Below, piece by piece: positions 42,929-51,196 of a stretch of DNA of 64,000 nt. The notes under the pieces are model-generated. The model was not told the DNA's origin and did not search any database. It worked only from the letters and a program-made list of their open reading frames with translations. The translations under genes and the position numbers were made by a program. Every line of letters begins with the position of its first letter. Positions within the stretch are counted from its first letter, which is position 1. This DNA comes from an uncultured Planctomycetaceae bacterium. Lineage in GTDB: Bacteria > Planctomycetota > Planctomycetia > Planctomycetales > Planctomycetaceae. The stretch spans positions 65,540 through 129,539 of the forward strand of contig CAWFGE010000024.1 in the NCBI GenBank assembly GCA_963815195.1. The letters are read 5' to 3'.

Positions 42929-43644
42929 TGGAGCGTCTCTTCCCCCGGGAGTCCCAAACGGTCCAACGTCTGCAAATAGAAATTCAAAGCCCGCCCGCGA
43001 ACCGCCCCGATCTCCAGATGCACATGGCCCAGGGAATGTTTGACGCATTCGCCGCTGCACAATCCGCAATGCCCGTGGGGATCCTCGCGGGCCACCATCT
43101 CGGCGAGCACCGTCATCACGGCGAGATGCACCTCGTGGACTTTCCGCGTGAAGGCGGCGGGATCCTTGAGGTGTTCCGCTTCCAGAAAGGCAATCACGTG
43201 TTCCAGGTGGCCTTTTTCTTCCTCGGCAATCGCCCGGAAGACCCGGGCCAAACCGGCGGGGGCGGCGTCGGCGACCGTTTCATAGATCGAGACCGCGAAC
43301 GACTCCAGCATGAGTTCCTGAATCAACAGACAGGCCGTGAGGTCGCCCCGGTCCACGTAATCCAGAAACGCCTCGCGGATCCGCCGCCAGTACGGCGCCG
43401 CAAGATCGACCACCACGTCCACGCCCAGGTCGTCGGCGGCTTTCTGAAACGCGAGCGCATGGGTCTTTTCGCTCTCGGCGTGCTCGACCGCTTCCACCTT
43501 TTCCTCGACGGTCTCGACCAAAGCGACCAGCGAGGCGAAATTCTGCATGCCGACGACTTCCCCCGTGACGGCCTGCGAAAGGATGTCGGCATAGACGCTC
43601 CGCTGCTCTCGGGTCAATTGGTCCTGGGATTCTGAGAAGGGCAT
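42904..43644 (-). CDS. ado: Aldehyde-deformylating oxygenase (fatty aldehyde decarbonylase, ADO)-like ferritin-fold di-iron protein
   Basis: Ligand pattern GEVVG / ESEKTH / LESFA / EEKGH plus the ADO-typical ACLLIQELMLESFAVSIY; GGAG RBS before ATG 43644; directly upstream of aar. Confidence 0.88.
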   Translation of the reverse strand: MPFSESQDQLTREQRSVYADILSQAVTGEVVGMQNFASLVALVETVEEKVEAVEHAESEKTHALAFQKAADDLGVDVVVDLAAPYWRRIREAFLDYVDRGDLTACLLIQELMLESFAVSIYETVADAAPAGLARVFRAIAEEEKGHLEHVIAFLEAEHLKDPAAFTRKVHEVHLAVMTVLAEMVAREDPHGHCGLCSGECVKHSLGHVHLEIGAVRGRALNFYLQTLDRLGLPGEETLQWIANLPV

Positions 43645-43687
43645 GATCGACTCCGTCTGGGGGAACCGGCCGAGACCGGGCGCGGGT

Positions 43688-46069
43688 TCATTCGCCCTTG
43701 AGGGAAAAAAACGTGTAATGAAATCCCGAATCATCCATGATGGCATACCCGCCCGAAGGCGTGAAGAAGCGTTTGATGGCGTCGAACTCCGGCAGTTTTC
43801 TGCCGTCGAGCGCTTGAGTCAGTCCGGCGAACAGAGTGGTCGTGAATTTCCCCTCGAGGATTCCGGGGAGCCGGCCCGTTTTCAGCGCCTGGAACAACAG
43901 CCGCTTATGCTCCGGGGTGTGGAAAGAGATCAAGCTGCACTCGGCGGGGAAATGTGCGGCCACGCGTTGGAAGTCCGGGCTCTCGGCCAATCCCGGCCCC
44001 TCGTGATTCAGGACTTTCTCCAAAAGCTCCACATGCGTCGCCAGAAACACATGCGTGTCCGTAACGGTGAAAGCGACTTGGCCCACAGGCACCGGCTGAT
44101 CGGGGCCGAGGCGTTTTTCCAACTGGCCGCCATAGTCCCTCAGAATGATCGTCTTCCCGCCGGGCGTTTTGCGCTTCGTCGTGATCGGACTCGCCTTTTC
44201 CGTTGCCTGGAGGAGCAACAATTGCAGCGTCTTAACGGACGTGTCGCCTCCTGGGATGTGTCGACGTTCCCAGGCCAGGAGCATCCGCGGGACGGCAAAA
44301 CCCCGGCTTTCCGTGAGATCGGTGACGATCGTCAGCCTCTCGCCCAGGGCATCCAGGGAACTCAACTCCGGCAAGTGTCTTAAAAGCGCAATCAATTCCC
44401 GCGTCTGCGTGTGCTTCCAGCGGAAGGTGCAATAACTGGTGATGTCCGCGGGGACCCACGGTTCCGGCTGCAAAGGCCCCGGCGGAAAATCGAGATAGTG
44501 GAACAATGCCGGCCGGTGCGTCGTGTGGACGACCACGTGGCCTACCGTGTCAAATTGATCCTGTGCGATCGAAAAAGAGAATCCGCCACCTTGAAAAAGC
44601 TGCGCTCCCAAAAAGCCATCCGCGAGGTTGAACTGGGGATTCGAATACTTGGCTTTCAGGAACTTCCACAGTTGCGCGAGGTCGATAAAAATCTCGAAAT
44701 CCCCCGCACCGCCAGTCGACTTACGAAACTCCTTAAGCCGCGGATTGTCCGCCAAAAACGCTGCGGGCGGCTTCTCCAGCCAGGTGTGGAGTTTCTCGGC
44801 CTCGTCGGGATTCTCCGCACCAAATAGCACGTGATTGTCCGTAATCGCCAGATGCATCTGGTCCGCGGCGCCGGTTCGATCAACGTCCTTAAGCATCCGA
44901 GAGATGCGGGCCCGGCTGCCGGGGATGTCGGAAAGAAAATACCACACCGGCTTCATTTCGCGAAGTTGCTTCTCAGCATCCCTCTCAGCATCCAATTCCT
45001 TCCGCGTCCGAGCCTTTTTTCGTTTGCCTTTGGAACCAGCCGTTTCTGCGAGCGCCTGCCAGTCCGGGAGGCCCAGGCCGATGCTAATTTGGCCGGTGTG
45101 GGCGGCGCAGAGATTGACCAGATCGACGCCGGTCTGCTGCCGGAGTTCCGCGCGGCCCGTTTGGCTGGACTCCAAGAACTGCGAAACATAGGGCTGCATG
45201 GCCGGGTCCTGGCAGAGTTGGACGCCCCGCAGTTCATTCAGGCGTTCTTTGAACTCTCCGTAGCGGCTGACGTTGACGAACAAAACCACGCTCTCGGGCA
45301 GGGAGTGCTCAAAGGGCGGCGCCTCTTTTTGCATCTCAAAGCTCAGCACCGGCCGCTCTCCCGGTTTTGGATGCACAAGCGCCGCGGATTGTTTGAAGCC
45401 GGGACGGTCGGCGAGCACTTTCACCCAGTCCTCGCCGTTCGGGCGCATCGCGAACAGCCAGGCTCTGCCGTCCGGCAACGTCAGCATGTGCCCGGCGCCT
45501 TGAACGTGAAATGTCATCTCCGGCACGCTGCCCTCAATGGCAAACACCGCCCACTCGATGGTTTCCGGCTCGCCCGCGGCGTTCGCCGGATTCGGGGCAA
45601 GCTCCATTTTCGAGACGACCTGGCCCGCGTGCAGAAAATTGACCGTCGCGCCGCCGGCCATTCCCGGTTCCGGTTCGTGGAGCAGGATTTTCGTCTTCCC
45701 CTCGGGATCCTTTTGAAGTGTCGCCGGGCCTGCCACGCGGAGTTCAACCCCTTCAGGCAGGAGGCCGACGTTATGGATTTCGACGACCGGAGGAAGTTTC
45801 GGTTTCGGTTTCGGTTTCGGCTCGGGCTCCCGTGGGGGTCCGTCTTTTGGTTCGAGGACGGCCGTCGTTTCTTCCGCCGAGGTTTTCCGGGTCGGTTCGG
45901 GATTCTCGGGATGTTTTGCTGCCGCGGTATCGGGCGGACTTTCCGCGGAGGGTGTCTCGGACCAGGTCTTTGCCAAGTACAAGCCGCCGATCGCCAGGCA
46001 CAGAGCGACCTGGATCACCAGGATCCGGGGAAGCCAAACCGTGAGTCGCTCTGAGAATCTTTTTTGCAT
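43688..46069 (-). CDS. Membrane-anchored exported hypothetical protein, possibly DUF3352-like
   Basis: N-terminal TM, Pro/Lys linker, LPESVVLFVNVS, LADNPRLKEF, PEPWVPADITSY, LPEFDAIKRFFTPSGGY. Confidence 0.7.
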   Translation of the reverse strand: MQKRFSERLTVWLPRILVIQVALCLAIGGLYLAKTWSETPSAESPPDTAAAKHPENPEPTRKTSAEETTAVLEPKDGPPREPEPKPKPKPKLPPVVEIHNVGLLPEGVELRVAGPATLQKDPEGKTKILLHEPEPGMAGGATVNFLHAGQVVSKMELAPNPANAAGEPETIEWAVFAIEGSVPEMTFHVQGAGHMLTLPDGRAWLFAMRPNGEDWVKVLADRPGFKQSAALVHPKPGERPVLSFEMQKEAPPFEHSLPESVVLFVNVSRYGEFKERLNELRGVQLCQDPAMQPYVSQFLESSQTGRAELRQQTGVDLVNLCAAHTGQISIGLGLPDWQALAETAGSKGKRKKARTRKELDAERDAEKQLREMKPVWYFLSDIPGSRARISRMLKDVDRTGAADQMHLAITDNHVLFGAENPDEAEKLHTWLEKPPAAFLADNPRLKEFRKSTGGAGDFEIFIDLAQLWKFLKAKYSNPQFNLADGFLGAQLFQGGGFSFSIAQDQFDTVGHVVVHTTHRPALFHYLDFPPGPLQPEPWVPADITSYCTFRWKHTQTRELIALLRHLPELSSLDALGERLTIVTDLTESRGFAVPRMLLAWERRHIPGGDTSVKTLQLLLLQATEKASPITTKRKTPGGKTIILRDYGGQLEKRLGPDQPVPVGQVAFTVTDTHVFLATHVELLEKVLNHEGPGLAESPDFQRVAAHFPAECSLISFHTPEHKRLLFQALKTGRLPGILEGKFTTTLFAGLTQALDGRKLPEFDAIKRFFTPSGGYAIMDDSGFHYTFFSLKGE

Positions 46070-46240
46070 CGATCCCGCAGTTCCCCGACGTTGGAAAGAT
46101 CATTGACAGGATGGGGTATCCTGCGACAGGCAATTGACACTCGGAAACGGGTGGGTTATCGGTGGTTTTGAGAAAGGCCGCCTCGCGGACGCCAAAGGGC
46201 GGCTTCGGGGCATATCCATTGTTACAGCAATCTCAGTTCA

Positions 46241-46830
46241 ATGCCACTCTTTCAGCGAAGCGTTTTCCCCGTTACAGCTTGTCGCGCTGCTCCTGATCGC
46301 GGCGACGCTGGCTTCGTTTCTTTGGGCGAGTTTGTGGTACTTCCGCCAAGATCGCGGGTGGAATTCGCGGAAATTCATCTACAAGATTTCCATCTATGTG
46401 TGCATGGGCCTCAACGCCGGGCTGGTGCTGTTTTTCCCGCGGTTCGCGTTCTGGAGCCTGCTCGGCGGCAGCGTGCTCTTGGCGATCTCCCTCGGTCTGT
46501 TCTGGGGGGCGGTCGCCGCTCATCGCGGATCGAGGCCGAAGTTCGCCTTCGACAAGGCCGAGGCGGCACAGCTCGCAGCCGGCGGTCCCTTACCGCTTCG
46601 TTCGCCATCCTTTTTACGTCTCGTTTCTGTTCGCCTCGGCCGCGGGAGCCCTGATTGCAGGCTGGGCCGAACTGCTCCTCACGACCATCTGGCTGGCCTG
46701 GTTCTACGTTCGCGCGGCCAAGACAGAAGAGGCGTTCCTGCTCTCGGGCAAAGCGGGCGAGGAATACCGCCGCTATTGCGAGCACACCGGTCGTTTTCTT
46801 CCGCGGCTCCCGAGCCGGCCGCGCAAGTAG
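46241..46830 (+). CDS. ICMT/PEMT-family membrane methyltransferase, frameshifted
   Basis: Several TMs, GPYRFVRHPFY (across the shift), EEAFL..GEEYRRYCEHTGRFLPRL. Confidence 0.82.
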
Positions 46831-47644
46831 AAGACGGGACTCCAAGGCGCGACTTCTGAACATGTACAAAACACAGATTTCACGCCGGGGCTCGATTCCG
46901 ACACAAACGTCACACGAGATTCGGCCCACGAGCGCGAGAGAAACCCCAGGGCGCAAGTTCGCGACCCGGGTGCGCGAGTTCGCGACCCAGGGGCAGCGAA
47001 AGGAGCCGGCCCCGAGCCGGTCATAGGTTGTCTCAGGTTCTTAGCACTCCTGTCCGCGTGCCGCGGACGACGGTTTCGAGGTTCGGATTGGTGGTGAGGG
47101 CCTCCATGAATTTCGGGTCGGCCGACCCGCCGAGCCGTTTATCGACTCAGTCCGATGTCTTTTTCTTCGAAGAACGCTTCGTGGATTTCCGCGGGGCGGG
47201 CGGCGGAGCGTTTGGTGGATTGTCGGGGGCGGCGGCGCGGACGGGGGGAGCATGTCGATTCCGAAAATGTCCGACAGGTCTTCGCTACGCAGCAAACTCG
47301 CCCTCATCGCGCGAGGCCAGAGAAATCGACAAACGCCCCGAAGGAGTGAGAACCAATTCCATTTCGTTTGCGTTCCCACATCCTGATCGCTGAAGTCTTC
47401 CCCGCCAAAATATCGCGAACAGGCCCGCCCCTTCAACAGAGAGCCGTGGAACCGAACACCAACGCCGCCTTCGCTGGGAAAAATCCACGCCTGAGACGGA
47501 GAGACGTTAGTTAAAGAAAAGGATCATCTCGAGGGGCAAGACTGCTTGACAGCGGAAACCTCAGGCCGGCATGATTCACGGATCGAAGGGTCCAAGTTCC
47601 ACATCACAACGGTTTACTTTGTCGTTTTGAATTACGGCGATGCA

Positions 47645-49717
47645 ATGAACCCCAGCCCGCGAATCTTCATCTCCGCGACGAGTGCGGAATTCAAAACGGC
47701 AAGACAGAAGGTGGCGAACGTCTTGCACTTTCTGGGGTACGAGGCAGATCTGCAAGAAATCTTCGGTACCGAGCCCGGCGACCTTCGCCAAATGCTTCGG
47801 CAAAAGATCGACAATTGTGACGGCCTCATTCAAATCGTTGGCTTGGGGTATGGTGCAGAACCGCCCACACTTGATCCCGAGTTCGGGCGAGTTTCCTACA
47901 CACAATTTGAGCTTCTTTATGCTCGCCAACAGAATAAGAAGACTTGGCTGATTTTTGCCACCGAAGAATCCTACCGTGATACGCCAATCGATGCGCTCGA
48001 CTTGCCGCTCGATCGAACGCACGACACGCCCGACCGTCACCAGGCCAAGCGGCGGGATCTTCAATCTGCATTTCGCAGCCAACTTGCCAATGATGAACAT
48101 CTTAAATGGACGTACTCGAATGATGCCGAACTGGAAAATCTGGTCCTCAGGCTTCGCAGCGATTCCGAAGAACTTCGAAAAGAATTCCGCTCCTGGCAAG
48201 GGAGCGTTCTGGAAGGATTCCAGGATCTACATCGGCAAATCGATGCATCAAACCACCGTTCCTGGTTTTTTCGGATTACCACGCTTGTCCTTCTGATCTG
48301 CGTCGTGGTTTGGGTTACCCGTCACACCGCGCGTCAGACGGAGGAACGCGCTCAGCCCATCGCCGACAGGGCGAAAACGGTCGATTTGGACCTTGGGATT
48401 CCTCCAAAGGAGAGCCAAAAACAAACCGCGGAACGAAAGCCCCTGTTGAGCTATCCATTCCAAGTCGAGTATTCCGCATCGAAAGCCAATGGTGTGCTGA
48501 ATATCTCTCCCAAATCTCCTTACTTTGATGCATTAGAATCGGGTGACGTGATTCCAACGGTCGGAAGGGCTCCTTATTTTGAGTGGGCTTATCCTCGACT
48601 CTCTGCCAAGGTGCATAATGCCGCGGAAAATGACTGCTACATTACGGAGGCCGTGATCAACGTAAAATCGAGCCGGATCAACCACGATCCCCTATTCGTT
48701 GCCCAGTCCCGGGGTGGAGGTTACGTCTCGATTATCAATGAAGGATGGGGTCCGCCCCTTCTTAATGAGGAGGGGACACTTGAGGCGACATTGGAATTGG
48801 GTGACAATCACGGAGGATTCATTGAAAGACAGGTCGCCCTGGACGAATTCTTTACGATTGATTGCTCGAAGTGCTTAACGCAGAAAGACCTGAGATTGGC
48901 CCGGAATCAGCCCGAGGGGCGACCATTTAAGGCCTCCATCCATTACTCCACTCCCTCAGGAAAAACGAAGACCTTTCGTTGCGAGGGGATGGTCGATTTC
49001 TCTCCGCCGCCTGCGCCCTACTTTCCACCAACGCGCGAACCATACGACGTTTTCTTACCCGCCGGGAAAGAGGGATTCCAAACCATCGTTCCCCTTTCTC
49101 AAGTGATCCCCGCTGGCGGCGTCGATCACTTCGAAATCCGAATTGCTACTGACAAATCCGCACAATTTGAGCTTCAGATTCAGTTTAAGGATGTTTCGGG
49201 CAACATCATTGCGGATCGGCAAGTTGCCTTAACTACATTCATCGCCCCATCCGGAAAGGTGCGCGGGACTGTGCCGCCTCGCAAACGAGTGAGACTCGGA
49301 GAGCCAAAAACCCTCGAGAAAATGCAAGTGACTTTGGTCAATGTGGCACTGGCCAACAAGGACCCTTTCACGGAGGTCATGCATGCGTTCGTTGAGGTGA
49401 AGAATCGGGGGGACAGCGAACTTCTATGGCAACTGGATGACATGGAGGAAAAGACCGCCTCGCCTCGCTTCTTGCAAATGACAGATGTCGCACTCAACGT
49501 GTGTAACGAGAACGGTGAGTACGGTGTGCCCATTCCCGCGCGTCCCGACGAGCCCTGGGAGTGTCGAATTCCAGCCGGACAGTCAAATCGCCTGGTCTTT
49601 GAATTCAGTGGGTTTCCGTCGGATTTGGGCGATTTTTTCATCTCCATGAAATTGCGCGGTCGCTCCTCGTTTGACGAAGCGGCATTTCGAGCATCCTTCC
49701 CTCCAACTCCAAAATGA
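47645..49717 (+). CDS. DUF4062-domain protein with a single TM and an unrecognised beta-rich C-terminal region
   Basis: RIFISATSAEFKTARQ...IDNCDGLIQIVGLGYGAEP...SYTQFELLYARQQNK; TM FFRITTLVLLICVVVWV. Confidence 0.82.
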   Translation: MNPSPRIFISATSAEFKTARQKVANVLHFLGYEADLQEIFGTEPGDLRQMLRQKIDNCDGLIQIVGLGYGAEPPTLDPEFGRVSYTQFELLYARQQNKKTWLIFATEESYRDTPIDALDLPLDRTHDTPDRHQAKRRDLQSAFRSQLANDEHLKWTYSNDAELENLVLRLRSDSEELRKEFRSWQGSVLEGFQDLHRQIDASNHRSWFFRITTLVLLICVVVWVTRHTARQTEERAQPIADRAKTVDLDLGIPPKESQKQTAERKPLLSYPFQVEYSASKANGVLNISPKSPYFDALESGDVIPTVGRAPYFEWAYPRLSAKVHNAAENDCYITEAVINVKSSRINHDPLFVAQSRGGGYVSIINEGWGPPLLNEEGTLEATLELGDNHGGFIERQVALDEFFTIDCSKCLTQKDLRLARNQPEGRPFKASIHYSTPSGKTKTFRCEGMVDFSPPPAPYFPPTREPYDVFLPAGKEGFQTIVPLSQVIPAGGVDHFEIRIATDKSAQFELQIQFKDVSGNIIADRQVALTTFIAPSGKVRGTVPPRKRVRLGEPKTLEKMQVTLVNVALANKDPFTEVMHAFVEVKNRGDSELLWQLDDMEEKTASPRFLQMTDVALNVCNENGEYGVPIPARPDEPWECRIPAGQSNRLVFEFSGFPSDLGDFFISMKLRGRSSFDEAAFRASFPPTPK

Positions 49718-49780
49718 CAGCCAGCTTTTCGTCCGACCGCGAATGGACCGCGTAAGCTCCGTCTCTCGACGGAGTTTTTC

Positions 49781-50007
49781 GTCGAGGCACTTTCGGAAGC
49801 CCAGCGGGCGATCCTCAACAACCGCGGCCGGCTGACGAAACGCCGGCAGGAACTGGCGATGACTTTGGCCCGCCGGGGAACCCGCGGCCTCGCCCTCCCA
49901 CGCCAAAGCCGATCCGCATCGCCCCGAAAGCGCCGAAGACACCCCAGCGGGAACTCGCCCACCCTGGCTACTGGGCGGCGTTTGCGCTCTCGGGAAACTG
50001 GCGGTAA
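49781..50007 (+). pseudogene. C-terminal remnant of a CHAT (caspase-like) domain gene
   Basis: EALSEAQRAIL followed, after a shift, by HPGYWAAFALSGNWR-stop, the typical CHAT C-terminal motif. Confidence 0.72.
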
Positions 50008-50243
50008 TCGCGTTTCGCGTTGGTTATCGGGAACGCACGCCGTGAGATTATTGCCCCCTGGTGAAACTGAAAGACGAGGAAACCATGGGGGCTGGAGCAT
50101 CGGCTGCGTCGCTTTGCCGCTTCGAAGGATTGGCGGGTTATGCCGGGGTAGGAAGACGATCCGATTGAGGCGGGCCCGGGCCGCTTCGGGCGGATCATTC
50201 CCGGCGTCCGAGGTTTCAAGGTTTGCATTCTGTCGGAGTTTGC

Positions 50244-50456
50244 GTTTCAATAGCTGTTGGTGTCCATTCGGCTACCCGCGAACCTGGAGGGCCTAGATGA
50301 CGGGGGCGGAAGGTCAGGAAACATCTCAATCTTCGCGCAATCAGCGAATCGAGGCGATCCGAGCGGATTTTGAAAAAGCTTGGACAGGCGCAGAGTTTGC
50401 AGATTGAGGAACTGCTCGCCGTGGCTCCCGACGCTGAACGGGGCGATCTTCTTCGG
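50244..50456 (+). pseudogene. Copy 2 of the ~210-bp repeat: truncated, frameshifted 5' fragment of the kinase gene at 13603
   Basis: ggagggcctagatgacgggggcggaagg...ggcgatcttcttcgg aligns to 13551-13764; 2-bp deletion in gcgcgc. Confidence 0.88.
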
Positions 50457-50885
50457 TGGCCCGTCCCACTTGGGGCTGCCCGTCCCCTGTTTGAAACCGG
50501 GCGCGATGGCACACAAGTGGTCATTAGTATGCGTTTGGTGGCGATTGGGGATCGGAAGTTTTCCAACGCTCGATCAGAATTCCGCTGGAGAATGCCATTA
50601 GGTGACATGCGTCGTGTTCGGCGACAAATTCAACTTGTGTTTCGCGTTCCGAAAAAGCAACGGGCATTCGAAAACGGCGCGAATCGAACTCGAAAGGCAC
50701 CGATATTTCGGAATCCTCGGAACCCATTTGTCGCAGAAGGCAATTGAGAGTTACAGTTTCGCGAGGAATTTCCCTAGTGGACTTTTTGACGCTTCATGTG
50801 ATAATCGTTCAAAAACCTATCGATTCCTTTTCCTTGATTTTGGCTGTTTGCTCTTGATGCTGTGGAACTCAACACCACTTGATGC

Positions 50886-50941
50886 CGTCACTGGCAAACT
50901 CTCGGCGGACGACTTGCTCAAACTCATCCGCGAATAGCCGC
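50886..50941 (+). repeat. Right copy of the 56-bp direct repeat (orphan SNF2 3' end, VTGKLSADDLLKLIRE-stop)
   Basis: cgtcactggcaaactctcggcggacgacttgctcaaactcatccgcgaatagccgc. Confidence 0.93.
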
Positions 50942-51196
50942 GCTCGCTCCGCGGAAAAGGAGTCGCCCGCCGCGGACGGTCGCCGTGTGTTTCGGGGTAC
51001 CATTGACAGGTGATTTTCGCCTTTTACAAAATACGGAAACGCCGGTCCACGGGGCGGAGAGGTGTTCTTTTTCTTTGTGGGACCGTTTTTTCATGCCTGG
51101 ACTGAGAGAAATTGGCTCACCAGAGCCAATTCCGGTTGACACGACGTTTGCGGGCCTTAGGTTATCCGATATGGGTTTGATGAGTATTTATCCAGG

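Noticed and set aside
45797..45821. Tandem TTTCGG repeat
   Set aside because: Encodes a PKPKPKP linker in the 43688-46069 protein; not an array or contingency locus on present evidence
46951..46990. Two imperfect copies of gcgc(a/g)agttcgcgaccc
   Set aside because: Only two units with no spacers and no cas genes; not CRISPR
51136..51163. TTGACA-N16-TAGGTT promoter candidate before the first TPR gene
   Set aside because: Suboptimal spacing and a competing TTGACA at 51003; not distinguishable without TSS data
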